From assembly GCA_016748015.1 (NCBI GenBank), contig JAAOMT010000706.1, forward strand, positions 689,667-753,666: 64,000 bases of DNA, given 5' to 3'. The notes beneath the pieces were generated by a model. The model was not told where the DNA came from, did not search any database, and saw nothing but the letters and a program-made list of their open reading frames with translations. The translations under genes were made by a program, and so were the position numbers. Positions 1 through 12,061 of the stretch are shown piece by piece. The stretch comes from Geosiphon pyriformis uo1 (Eukaryota; Fungi; Glomeromycota). Every line of letters begins with the position of its first letter. Position 1 is the stretch's first letter.

Positions 1-1
1 T

Positions 2-307
2 ATCACCATAGAGCCATTCGGACCAGATATCAGTTTCAAAGCTGACGTTAAAATACGAATTCCTGATGACGTACCACCAACATGTAAAACGAAACACATC
101 ACGATCAAGAATGAGATACAAATTAAAGTTACCTTTGAAAAATCACGACATCATGTGCTAATAATGCGGGAGATTTTTGTGGGTCGAAATTTTAATAATG
201 AACGGGCTGGGTCACTTGTAAGAAGGTCAGTAAGAAGGTCATTGGACTTCTCTGAAATTCCAGCAAAACCATTTGCAACTCCATCCTTCGAGCTATCACA
301 TTGTTAG
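2..307 (+). CDS. 3' end of an arrestin-like (Arrestin_C-type) protein, truncated by window start
   Basis: Frame 2 is open from the window edge to TAG at 305-307: ITIEPFGPDISFKADVKIRIPDDVPPTCKTKHITIKNEIQIKVTFEKSRHHVLIMREIFVG...; the IP..VPPT..T..I.I..EI.IKV pattern resembles the alpha-arrestin C-domain. Confidence 0.6.
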   Translation: MTIEPFGPDISFKADVKIRIPDDVPPTCKTKHITIKNEIQIKVTFEKSRHHVLIMREIFVGRNFNNERAGSLVRRSVRRSLDFSEIPAKPFATPSFELSHC

Positions 308-2872
308 TTTTGTTCAAAATTTATGTTTGGTAAACTATAGTTTTTTGTTTCGAACCTCATACCCAGATTGTTGTTTTCTGTAAATAATTTACTCTAAAAA
401 AAAAATTTATCCATTTCTAATTAAATTATTATAGGAGCATTTTGTAATTTACATTATTATTTTAAAAATGTGCGTTTAACTAATTAATAGTATTATACAT
501 AATTTTGGATTAATTGGGCGAAACTTGAGATTTTACACATGTTTAATGGTTTTTTTCAATCCTCCAATTTTTAATTCCTCCCAAGTTCATTGATAGATTT
601 CGAATCTTCTTAGGGGAGTACCTACTTTTACCCTTTAAAATGATTAAAGTTTAGGCGAAATATCTTTTGTGTTACGAAATGTGGCGTCAAGTAATTCCCA
701 AGCACAAAAGCTTGACACTACCTTTTATTTGCATCTTAAACTTGATATAGCATTTGTTCACAAATCTTTTGATTTAAAATGAATTCTAAAAGCAAGATTA
801 TCATAACCTGTATTTTAATATATACATTTATATATATAAAGAAGTATTTATATGTTTGAAAATCTTTTTCTATATTAAAAACTTTCTTCAAAATGAATTA
901 TATGCAAATGATATAAAACTTAAAAAGTTGATCTATAAGACAATTATAAAATTCAAATACACTTTTATTAATATAATTGTTATTATTTGTTTTATTAAAT
1001 AGAGATAAAAGTTAATGTGAAAAGATTTTGATTAAACATAAAAAAAGTTTCTTAAATTTCAAATTTTATTAAAAATTTAAAATTGTTTTAATTTTGAAAA
1101 ATGTTATTGTTGTTTTTTATTAAAAATTGGATTTAGAATTGAATATATAAAATTTTTAAATAAATCTAATTAAGCCAAACTATATTTTATAACATATTAA
1201 AAAAAACCAAAATTTTTTTTCATTGAATAAATAAAAAGTTATTTAACATAATTAGCTAAATATGAATAAAAAAATAAATAATATTTTGAAAAAATTAATA
1301 ATTCTTAAAATTTTTAACATATAATATTTAAATAATATATTAATTATATAATAAAAAATTAATATATATTATTTTAATTTAATATGCAAATTTTTGTGAA
1401 GATTGTACATATTAAAATTATTCAATTCAATAAACGATTAAATTATTAAAATTATTATTTTTACATTTACATTTATCAAATACTTAATTAAAAATCCAAA
1501 AAAAAACAATTAATTAAAATCTTAAATTTCAAATTTAGAGAAATTTAAATTAAATATATATATTAAAAAATAATAATAAAATTTTTTACTTGTTTTAATG
1601 TTTTTAATAATAATTGTAATATAAGATTTTTGTTAATAAAACTTATTTGTTAATTTAAAACTTCGGTAAATTATATATATTATTAAAAATTATATATATT
1701 TTTATATATTTAATAATAAATTTTAATATTAAATATTCAATAATATTAAAATTAAGAAATAGATTAAAATAATTAATGGAATAAGTAATTAATAACCAAT
1801 AAATATTTTATTTTAATATTATAATTTATACGTTTATTAGAATAAATTAATTTACATTACACAATACTTTATACAAATCATAAATAAATTTTATTTTTTA
1901 ATCTAATTTTAAGTAATCAAAATAAATTTTGCTAAATTTTAAAGCACAGCAAAAGCTATTGAATGCCAAAAACAACCAAATAATTGATTATTAAACAATT
2001 AAATGCGGAATACTCATTAAAATTATTAATTTTAGTCTAAACCAAATTTTATTTAAAGTCCTATGAGAATATTTAAAAAAAATTCTTACAATTAAAATCT
2101 TAAAGACCTCATGAACGTGGCTCTAAAAGCAATTATCTCCTTTTCCATAAACAGTAACGCGCCGGCTCATCATCAAGAGATTGATCAAAACGAGTTGATC
2201 CCACTTTCGAAAAAAAAAATTGTTTTTTATTCTAAGGCTATGCATTACATCAGAAAATTAAGTGGCTTAACGACCAAAGACAAAAAGAAACCACAAGTAT
2301 TTGACTCCAACGTTATTCTTGAAGTATTTCCGTTATTATGGCTTATAAGCGTTTGCTATTGTCATGGAAGAGTGTGACGAAGGCACAGCCACGTAAAAAT
2401 TAACAAGTCCGAAGGCGTGGTCGAGGCTTTGAATTGGTCTACGTGAGAGTTTTCTTGAAAGCTTCAAGGTGTCATCGTGGGAAGGCTCAACACTTTTTCT
2501 AGGCGTATGTCCGGAGTAAAACAGCAATTTTTATTCTTTCCCAGTTTACTATGTGGAATCGAAAAGTAATGATTTTGTCTTTTTAAAAAATTACTTGATC
2601 CTGTTTTTGATAAAAGATTCCTATTCTTGAGTTCAATTGTAAGCTAGTTCAGATTAATGTATTGATTTTTCATGGTATTAGCGCATGTTTCAAGAAAACA
2701 AATATACCAATATACGCAAAAGAAACGTCAAGCCCACGTACATCCATAAATTCAAAAATAAGTCTCGAAATTTACAACAACAAAAAGAGATACAACAAGA
2801 AAGCGAAGGAATTGGTGGGAGGAAGGAAGAAGAAATCGTTGGCACAATTATCAACTGTTGCTCCTATCTGAA

Positions 2873-4324
2873 ATGCTTTTTTACTCGAGGATCAAATTTA
2901 ACCGAGTCTTTGAAGCATCTTCATCAAAAGCAAATTCAAAAGCAATCATTCCGCTCATACGTAATCGATCATCCTCCCCAAAATCATATTTATTGTTTTT
3001 CCTCATCGGTTTCACCTCATTACTCATTTGGTTTCCAAAGTCAACGCACGCAATCCAAGATCGAAATCTCCAACAATGCGAGTTGGACGAGGATTGTAAA
3101 TTCACGAACCAAGGTCAAGGGTGTGTGAACGGTGGTTGCGTCTTTTTGTGCAAGGCTAATAACGATTGTCCTTATAATGGGGGCTGCCTTCATTTTTCTT
3201 GCAACTGGGATGGATTACCAATTCCTAACAGTGATGATATTCGAAACAACACCGGCAATAGTAACAGCAACAACAATACCAGCAATAGTAACAGTATCAA
3301 AAATACCGGTAATGGTAACAGCAATGGTATCAGCAACAACAATACCAGCAATAGTAACAGTATCAAAAATACCGGCAATGGTAACAGCAATGGTATTAGC
3401 AACAACAATACCACCAATAGTAACAGTAACAAAAATACCGGCAATAGTAACAGCAACAACGATACCGGCAATAGTACTAGCAACAAAAATTCTGGCAATA
3501 ATAACAGCAACAACAATATCGACATTAGTGATACAAACAGCAACAATATTAGCGGAGAAAATAATAATGCTTCAAATTTGTCGTCTAATCTGAATTCAAC
3601 ATCCAGCTCTGATGAGTTATCGTCGCTCAGCTCCAATTCTGAAAATAGCCAGTCAAATTCCTTGCAAAAATCATTGCCTTCCAAAAATTCAACATCTTCT
3701 GATAAAAGATTATCAATAGATAAATCAGCTATACTTGACCCTTCCAATAACAAACCTATCGGGAATTCTACAGTTCCCTTAAATTCTACTAACCAAAATC
3801 CAAATAATTTAACTGAGGTAGTGAATGCAAAATCATCTAAAGGAAAAAAAGGAATAAGTGGGATTCTTAACCTACCCATATCAAAGGCTGTAATTGCCGT
3901 AACAGGAGGTGTTCTTGTTGCTGCAATTGGGTTGTTGTTATTCTGTTGCTTCCAAAGATCGCGCCAAGGGAATAGTACTAGTCAATCAAGAGGTATTGAT
4001 AATGATTTCCAAACGGCTAGAGTAGCTCCGCACATGGAAACTGTATCACACGAGCTGGATGGCTCCCAGTATCCACATCCATTTTTAGATGAACCTTCGA
4101 TCCATCAAGTCCGCGATCCATCATTTGAGGAAACACATTTACATGCTACTTCGTCTTTTCCTCCACCTGGTGATATTTACCCAGAAATGCCACCTCCCCA
4201 CCAATCTTTCACCGAAACGACATTATATGGATCACACGGTGCATCTACCTCGTCAGTTGATTTATCATCTACCACAAATTATCCTTATCTCCAACAACAT
4301 CATTTCATGTCATCTGAAAATTAA
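2873..4324 (+). CDS. Single-pass cell-surface protein: hydrophobic signal-like segment, Cys-rich module, Asn/Ser-rich stalk, TM helix, Pro-rich cytoplasmic tail
   Basis: Intronless ORF (first ATG 2873); YLLFFLIGFTSLLIWF..THA-IQ; 8 Cys in CELDEDC...GCVNGGCVFLCKANNDCPYNGGCLHFSC; N/S repeats; TM AVIAVTGGVLVAAIGLLLF followed by CCF and basic residues. Confidence 0.85.
   Translation: MLFYSRIKFNRVFEASSSKANSKAIIPLIRNRSSSPKSYLLFFLIGFTSLLIWFPKSTHAIQDRNLQQCELDEDCKFTNQGQGCVNGGCVFLCKANNDCPYNGGCLHFSCNWDGLPIPNSDDIRNNTGNSNSNNNTSNSNSIKNTGNGNSNGISNNNTSNSNSIKNTGNGNSNGISNNNTTNSNSNKNTGNSNSNNDTGNSTSNKNSGNNNSNNNIDISDTNSNNISGENNNASNLSSNLNSTSSSDELSSLSSNSENSQSNSLQKSLPSKNSTSSDKRLSIDKSAILDPSNNKPIGNSTVPLNSTNQNPNNLTEVVNAKSSKGKKGISGILNLPISKAVIAVTGGVLVAAIGLLLFCCFQRSRQGNSTSQSRGIDNDFQTARVAPHMETVSHELDGSQYPHPFLDEPSIHQVRDPSFEETHLHATSSFPPPGDIYPEMPPPHQSFTETTLYGSHGASTSSVDLSSTTNYPYLQQHHFMSSEN
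3247..3560 (+). repeat. Coding minisatellite (about 27-bp NTGNSNSNN units; 66-bp higher-order unit duplicated)
   Basis: aataccggcaatagtaacagcaacaac variants in tandem; NNNTSNSNSIKNTGNGNSNGIS occurs twice consecutively. Confidence 0.9.
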
Positions 4325-4714
4325 TTCTTCAATATGAAACATATAATTCGTGTATTCGGGCTATTGTAAGCGTATTTTTAAATCAGAATGCAAAAACTTT
4401 GGTGTGATGTATATATTTACCATTTTATTTTACTCATTACTCATGTGTTTTCTTTTATCTGTTTTGTGTTGCGAAAAAAACGTGACCTAAATTTTCGTGT
4501 GAATAAGCTCAATCAAGTTGATTATTTCAACTTGAATAGAATCGATTTGTTCTATCTTAACCCAAAAAATTATTTCATAATCTTTGATTGGCTTCCTTTT
4601 AGATGATATCTATTGTTTGTGTGAATATCTGCCACACATTACACATCCTTCAACTTTTAAAATGTAGTTCATTAAAAAAAATTGTGTTCTGATCATGAAT
4701 TACAGCCTATTAAT

Positions 4715-4796
4715 CGACAACAGCAGGGTTTGAACCTGCGCTCCCATAGGGAATCAGATTTCAAGTCTGACGCCTTAACCACTCGGCCATGTTGTC
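4715..4796 (-). tRNA. tRNA-Ser (anticodon UGA), intronless
   Basis: Reverse complement GACAACATGGCCGAGTGGTTAAGGCGTCAGACTTGAAATCTGATTCCCTATGGGAGCGCAGGTTCAAACCCTGCTGTTGTCG: 82 nt, acceptor stem, anticodon arm TCAGA-CTTGAAA-TCTGA, long variable arm, T-arm GGTTCAAACC, discriminator G. Confidence 0.95.
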
Positions 4797-5662
4797 TTTA
4801 AGATTACCTACAGATATTTGCTATATAAAGAATTTAAATGCATTAGTTGGGTTTTTGAATTGGAGTGTTAAACTAGTTATGCAGTAGTTCGGCAAAACTA
4901 TTGACCAATTTTGTTAACATGTACCTACGCGGTATTATTTCAGCCTTTTCATAACGTTAATTTTGGTCGCACACAAATTACTGCAATAAATATCTCGAAG
5001 AATTTTCATGATTTCAAGATTATTGGTATCAATTACAGAATATAAGTATAAAGATATGAAATGTTCTGATTTGCTCAGCCGATAAATTTATATTTGAGAA
5101 TATGAATTTATCACTTCTATCTTTAACTTGACCTTTTTGCTTAAACAATGAACCCAGCAGATAATTAACTCTCGTCTATTAAATCTTGATATCAGATACA
5201 CTCTGCAATTTTCTAATTTAAATAAACGTTAATTCTCTATTGCAAGGGCGCGGTTAATCGCTTGGGAATTTTTTTGACGATATTTACATTTAAAAATGTA
5301 ACTCTCAAAGAAAAGATTTATTTGCATCTATTTTGAAACCTAGCCTCTTTTTGATTGAGGATACTCCTTTAAATATTGAGAGGGTTTTTTCATGTTCTTT
5401 ACAAGCACCTTTCTTCTTGCACTAATTCCTTTTGCTAGTCTTTTCCCATACTCGGATTTTGATTAGTATTTTATAAATAGTAAATGACATATCGATGGAA
5501 AGATTCAAGAATGATGGCTGTTTAACCTACCCTTTTACGGATGGCCATGAATTAAGAGCTATTTTCGAAATTCCGCCCATTTCAAAAAAACTTAACTGTT
5601 AAATCCATTATTTCCGATATATTTTGAAACTGGCCTTATATTTAAAAAAAATTACAACCTGC

Positions 5663-6523
5663 CTATTGTGTCTTATTTAAAACTCTACTCCTACTGGCAA
5701 ACATCATTTTTTGCATTTTCCTAGTCTCCCAGCCGGGTGGGTACAAGAGTTTTGGATCAATTAAATCTACGTCACTTTGTGGCCATTGCTGACGTTTGAA
5801 TCGATCTTCAGTGTCTTGACGCATTAAATGTGTTGTATCGAGGACAAGTACCGGCGTTTCCAATTTCTCCCCCTTTTGTTGCCCTTTCAATTTAAAATGA
5901 TTCTTTTGATTTTTCCTTTCTTCTTGGATGTCTTTGTCAATTATACAATCGATAAGAAATATTTGATATTCCATAAGAAAATCAGTATCTTCAAGATTAG
6001 TGTCTGAATCATCTTCATTTAAGTCGTTGATTTTCCTTTTAGGATCTATGCTTGAAATGTCAATTTTTAGCTTCTTTAAAGCTCTTTCGATTTCAATTAT
6101 TCTATTGTCGTTTGGAGATGTAGTTGGCACTGGCTTTTTCTTTGAAACTCCCAAACTTTTGTTAATTTCACCAACCGGCTCACTTTTATTCTCCTCTTGG
6201 CCATCAAAAGCGGAATAAAAGGTATAAAATCCTTGCTCTCTATTATTCTCTTGTTCTTCTAGTGATGCAATCCGAATCTTTGGAGCCTTAAAAGTGGAGA
6301 AAGACAAGGTTGAATTATTTTCGTCGTTATCATGTCTATTTCGCGACTGACCCTCTTCATCACTTCGTCCCAATAATCTTCCCAAACTATAGCGACTTTT
6401 TTGATTCGAATTTTGCCGAGTCATAATTTTCCAAACAATCCAAAAGAGGATTAAAGAAATAATGAATAAAAAAGCTGTCATGCACAATACACTAAGTGGA
6501 GTATTCAGATATGGAAATTTCAT
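5663..6523 (-). CDS. Hypothetical protein with an N-terminal transmembrane anchor and a charged, probably disordered cytoplasmic region
   Basis: 286-aa ATG-initiated ORF in AT-rich context; hydrophobic residues 10-33 followed by basic residues; no family recognised. Confidence 0.7.
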   Translation of the reverse strand: MKFPYLNTPLSVLCMTAFLFIISLILFWIVWKIMTRQNSNQKSRYSLGRLLGRSDEEGQSRNRHDNDENNSTLSFSTFKAPKIRIASLEEQENNREQGFYTFYSAFDGQEENKSEPVGEINKSLGVSKKKPVPTTSPNDNRIIEIERALKKLKIDISSIDPKRKINDLNEDDSDTNLEDTDFLMEYQIFLIDCIIDKDIQEERKNQKNHFKLKGQQKGEKLETPVLVLDTTHLMRQDTEDRFKRQQWPQSDVDLIDPKLLYPPGWETRKMQKMMFASRSRVLNKTQ

Positions 6524-8467
6524 CCCAATCAGGTGGAATAACTTTACGGATGGTTAAGAATCTTTTGTTGTTGTTTTGATCCTGTGGGGTTTTCTCTTTG
6601 ATATTCAGAGAGCAATTCTGGTGAAATTCGATTCAGAAATAATTTCAAGGTTCAATATATGATTCTGACATAGTGAAGAGAACTTGTAAAAAGCACTCAA
6701 TCATTTGAAGGTTTGTTTTATTCTTCATGTTGGATGCATAGCGAAAGAAGGAAAAGTATTCATGTGGAAAATTGACAATGTCCTATAAAGTTTTAAAATA
6801 TTGCAACTCACAGAGAGTGCAAAGTAGGTTGGTGCTTGAATCTACCAATCAATTTGTTTTACATACAAGGCATTGTGATTTTTGGATGCGACTTTATCTT
6901 TAAAATAGGAACAGTTGAAATCTCAAAATGTTAAGAAACTTAACCATTAAATTTACATGTAATTGAAGCTCAAAAAGTATGATATCAAAATGATATTTAG
7001 GCTTCCCGTAATTTTTATGCAGATATTTATAGTGATGAAAATGATTGATTGCATTAGGGTGTTCAAATAACTTAAACATCATCATATTTTAAGTAAGGTA
7101 ATCTTTCCCCTTGAAAATGCCGATATTTTAAAGTTTTTAGTGATAATTTAGTGATATTAAGCCAATAGAATTCAAAGAATTTCGATTTTTTTTTAATAAT
7201 TACTATTTAATTACTTTTCCTTGGGAAAATTATAAGTATTCTTTTTCAAATCAAACAATTAATTTGAAACTTTTTTGAGGCTGATAATTTTGAAATACTA
7301 TTGAGAAATGGGTAGTATCATTGGAAAGAAGTACGGTGAATATCAATTTGAAGACTGGTATAAATTAAAAAGTGGAATCGGGAAAATAGAAAAAAGTCCT
7401 TAGTTAATTTGTTTATTTAATAATTATTAAATTCTAGTGCCTCCAGCTTTTCAGTACACTCTTAAATGCATTTAGACATGCTAGAATCTAATTTCCTATA
7501 GGTTTCTCTGGGAATTTTTACCATTCTTCTTACAATGTTATATGAAATTGTAATTATTTGCAAATTCCCAATTTCTTTTTGTACTTGCTTTTGCAATTTA
7601 TCCGATAACCGCTTAATTGGACTAGATAAAATGTTTATGCAAGTGTTTAACTTTTTTTTAAAAAATTCTTTTCTTCAGATATTTGGCTGTATAAACTAGA
7701 AATTATCATCTCAGAATAATGAATGTTTGTGGAACTATGAGAATAAATTCTTTTTTCAAAAAAATGAAAATCCCTAATATGAATCTAAGATAAGATTATA
7801 TAGAAGAATGAATCAAAGTTTTCTTATTCATTAATTTGATGAGTTAGTTTTTAAGCATGTGAAAACAAAATTTACTGTTTTTGTTATAATCTTGCGACCA
7901 AATTGAACAATTGCGTCAAAAGTCATTTGTAACAATTGTTTAATAATTTTTATTAAGTAAAAAAGAACAACCAGTTTAAATAAAATAATGCTTTAAAGAA
8001 TAAACTTAAAAATTTTGGGTTTTATAAACAGCTTGTTTTTTTGTTTAAATTCAGTAATTTTTTTTTTAAAAAATTAAATGAATTATTCTTTATTATACAA
8101 AATTTGAAAAAATTTTATTAAACAATATTATATATTGATTTACAATAAATATTCAGAAATCTAATTAAAATTATAAGATTAAAAATAAATCTTCCTTTTA
8201 ATTTTTATAATTTAATATTTCGTGAAACATCAAGATCTTTTAATACAAACTTAAAAATGTTATTCAATCATTTCAATAAAAAATTGATTTCTATTTTTCT
8301 TTTTTTACTTAATACAGTTTTTTAATATGTTTTACAAGTTTTAATTAAATTTAAGTCTAGACTTTAAGATAATAAATTTTGAAGTATATTTATATTAAAA
8401 TACCTTTTATTGAATTAATAGATTATTATTTAAAAAAAAACATCTTGTAATTTAATATTTTATTTAG

Positions 8468-8506
<39 letters not shown>

Positions 8507-10919
8507 TCAGTATAAAAAAAATATGTGATTAAATACATCAATAATTGCACAAGTTTTGAATGAAAAACTTAATTAATACTTTATTTTAAATTTTATTTAA
8601 AAATATGATACATAAAGTTTTATATGTCTAACAGCAAAAAAAAAGATGCAAATACTTTTAATTGCTTAACAAAATCAGTTAAATTCTTGAAATTTAGGTT
8701 TTTTAATTTGAAATTATAAATTTTGGATTTCATTACAACAGTTGCTGCCATTACCAAATCGATTGAACAATTCGTTGTTAATATTAATATTATGCAAAGT
8801 AATAACATAAAAGTTAAAAAATAAGTATTTGATAGTTTAAAAACAGAATTAATAAATAAAAAAATTGAATAATTTAAAGTTTTAATTTTAAAGATTTCAA
8901 AAATAATCAACAATTTTAATAACAATATTAAAAAAAATTATGAAAAAACAAGAAAAATATGTTAAACATAAAAAAAGTATAAAAACTAAATTTCATAACG
9001 CTAAAAAAAATTTAATTAAGTAAATTAATATTTGCACTTAATTTTAATTAGAAAGCACAATATTGATTAAAATAAGTTTATTAATAGAAAATACATTTTT
9101 TTAAATTTACTAATTGTTTCCAAAAAAAAAATTTGTTATTATTATGTTTGGCTAAGACCTATAAATTTTTGTTACTATAATATGTATTCATTGAAATAAA
9201 ATATTGTGGTTTATAAAATTTTCCAATATTTAATTTGTTTTTACAAATATTTTTAAATATTTTGAGAAATTAAATGAATATTTAAGTAATATTAATAAAA
9301 ATAAATAATATTATAAAATTTTATATTTATTTTATATTTAATTATATTAAGATTATTAATTATTTCTATTAAAAATTTAATTGACTGATAGCTTTTTTTA
9401 ACAAGCTTATATAAACTGCTCTTAAAATATCGAAGCATTTAATTAAAAAGGCATAATTTTTAAGATTTCCTTAAAATTTATTACTTGAGAGATAAATCAT
9501 TCATTTAATAAACTTCAAGTTTGATACTTGAAAAACTATTTCTTAATTGTTGGATTTCTAAAAAGTCATTTGTAATGCTTTAATAAATTCTCTTTGAAAC
9601 TGACTTTGTTAGTTGTTTCCACTATTGTATTTAAGTAACTCTCTTAGCTTCATATTTTCAAGCTATCAATTTTATATATTAATATCCCAAATTCATATGC
9701 TTTTTGAAGCCTGTTATCCAATATTACGATGTATTATTTTTAAGCTAACCTAATAGTTTGCATGCAGTTGGAGTTGCAGTTAAATCTTCTAATAATTTTG
9801 CCATGGTCAAATTGTGTAACTTTATTCTTTTGAAGTTAGCATTAATTTAATATCATAACATTTTTATGAATTAGAAAATTCGAAAATTTTAAAGTATCTA
9901 ACTATGCAGAATTTATTAGCAATTTTATAACTTAATTTATTCATATAATATGTCATTTGTTTTTATGTTGTGAAAACATCCCTCGATTTGTATAAAAAAC
10001 TTAGTAAAATGTAATTTCTTTCAGAATACGTACGGCAAACCGGTGATTTGTATAGAAACGGTTCAAAAAAGAATCACTTAAAATTAAGTAGTCAACTGGA
10101 AATTAAGGCAAATTTTTGGTCATGAGACCCTTTAAAGGTTGTTTATAAATAAAATTTTATGATGAAGATTTTTTAGTTATACCTAAAGAGAGATTATACC
10201 AAGTCCAATTTATTTTGGGAAAATCAAATAAATTGATATTATCGAAATTAATAAAGTTTTCGTAAATTTAAACCATCATGTCTAAAAAAGCCAAAATCAT
10301 ACTACGTGAACTTTTATAGATTTAGACTGCTGCTTCCATCTTCTTATTGAAATTATTTAATGGACTCTATCAATAAAAATTAATAAAGATTGAAATGTAA
10401 AAGACTCTGCAAAATAGAAAAACCTTCCTAAATGAAGTATGAGGTCGACCCGGTTACATCTACCCTTAAACGATTTAATTTGAATTAATAATCATAAAAT
10501 CGGAATCACATGCTTCACTTTAATAAAGAAATATGTGTTTAAAAACTTATTAACTTTAAAGGAATTTAATATGATATCTAAATCGCGCTAAAAAGTTTCA
10601 GTGTTTGTAATAATCGAATTTCCTGCAGTACTTTTTTTTTATGATCGTTTTCATATGTAACCATAAGATTTAACTCTACCAAATTATTTAGCTCACCTGA
10701 CTAAAATTTAAGAAATCCAATCTCATTCTTAAAATGTATAATCGATTTATGCATTATAAATAAGTTGAGAAAGCGTTATTATATTTTTAAGTCTATCTTA
10801 AAATTTTAATTAATAGTAAAAAATTTAAGTATTCATTTTTATTATTACTAAAAATAATAAAATAAAATTTTTCCTGAATAATTTAGCAAATAAATGAGAA
10901 AATTATAGCCGGATATTAT

Positions 10920-10927
10920 TATAAAAA
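10920..10927 (+). promoter_or_regulatory. Candidate TATA box of secreted-protein copy 1
   Basis: TATAAAAA 120 bp upstream of the ATG, conserved in copy 2 (TATAAAAGGCC on - strand near 12769-12779). Confidence 0.45.
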
Positions 10928-11039
10928 GGCCATTTTACCCGTTTTATGTTTTCTTCACCCCAATTTCATTCAAAGTTTTAATACTTTCTTAAAGTTTAAA
11001 CCATCAACTAAAGCTCATACAAATCTTTAAATTATTAGA

Positions 11040-11336
11040 ATGTTGCCCAAGGTTATCGTCTTCGCATTATTAATAGTTCTCTATCTCGGTGTAGTAGATG
11101 CGTTTCAAGCTATAGGATACCAAGAACGCGATTTCAGCGGAAAAGCTACAACTATTAATGTTATACCTCAATGCCGAAATACGCCGGCTAAGGGGTGGAA
11201 GTCTTTGCGAAATTTAGCCCCTGTAAAACCATGTTACCGAGTTTGGTTGGAACCTAATTGTCTAGGTAAATCAAGGGATTACTGTGGATCAAACTCCAGG
11301 TTTGCCTTTACCGTGAGGTCTATTAAGGAAACATGA
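11040..11336 (+). CDS. Small secreted basic protein, beta/gamma-crystallin-like (MiAMP1/killer-toxin-like) motif pattern; copy 1, intact
   Basis: 21-aa signal peptide ending VDA; 77-aa mature part with two Greek-key-like repeats (YQERDFSG...WKSL; VWLEPNCLG...VRSI); 4 Cys; paralogs at 12354 and 63541. Confidence 0.85.
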   Translation: MLPKVIVFALLIVLYLGVVDAFQAIGYQERDFSGKATTINVIPQCRNTPAKGWKSLRNLAPVKPCYRVWLEPNCLGKSRDYCGSNSRFAFTVRSIKET

Positions 11337-12061
11337 TAGGTTTTTAACGGAGGAGAACCGAAGAAAATAGATTTTAAGCTTTATTTTATGAAAGAAAATT
11401 AGATCAAAGTTTTTTTTTCCAAACTATAGATTTTTTCAGTAAATGAATTTAGCAGGACCAATTAGCTTTAGATATCTTTAGATTCTTCTTTACTATTTGT
11501 AAAGTATTGAAGAGTTAATTTACATAATATTTTATAATAGCTTTCGGAATAAAGTGACAAAATAAAAAATTTATATATTGAAATTTAAATTGCCCTTTTT
11601 TTCAGATAAGTTAATGTTTTAATCTACTTAAAAAATATGGTATATTTTTATAAACAACCAATAGAATTTGCAAGAATTTATATATGGTATGATTTCAAAT
11701 TTTTTTTATTTGCCTATTATTTACACTTGTATCACAAGATTGTACAAAAGGTTATTATTGAATAAATAAAATACGTATTAACAAGCAACAGGAATTTTTA
11801 ATAGAAGATATCCTAAAAAAATACATTTAATACACAGAAAAGCAAGAAATTTTCAAAAACTCTATTAAAAACATTTATATTTTAAAAACTAATTTCAACT
11901 CTAAAAATTTTAATATTATATATAATCTGAAAAAAAGTTGAAACTTTCTTTGAGAAACTAGGTTAAAATATTTAAAAAAATAATTCCAATTTAGCAATAC
12001 AAAAACATCTTTGAAAAGATGCTTATTATAAGAGATAACTGATGCTATTTTGTTCGAGAAG

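Larger units (their letters stand above)
10457..11615 (+). repeat. Left arm of an approximately 1.15-kb inverted duplication (secreted-protein gene plus flanks)
   Basis: Blocks such as aagaaatccaatctcattcttaaaat, aatcgatttatg and taaatgaatttagca recur reverse-complemented in 12062-13180. Confidence 0.85.

Noticed and set aside
2685-3128. 147-aa ATG ORF overlapping the start of the surface-protein gene
   Set aside because: No recognisable motif; might be an upstream ORF but nothing in the sequence supports function.
3247-3560. Regularly spaced repeats as a CRISPR-like array
   Set aside because: In-frame coding repeats without unique spacers; eukaryotic context, no cas genes.
2881-3879. Overlapping and antisense ORFs (3132-3593, 3190-3879, 2881-3105)
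   Set aside because: Shadow frames of the Asn-rich repeat gene.
4715-4796. tRNA-Sec or opal suppressor
   Set aside because: Anticodon reads UGA (Ser, decoding UCA), not UCA; normal 7-bp acceptor stem.
9480-9845. Possible decayed coding islands here and near 7300-7800, 13500-13800, 20640-20800, 22420-22760, 23640-24290 and 60150-60350
   Set aside because: Slightly higher complexity than the flanks but no motif I can assign.
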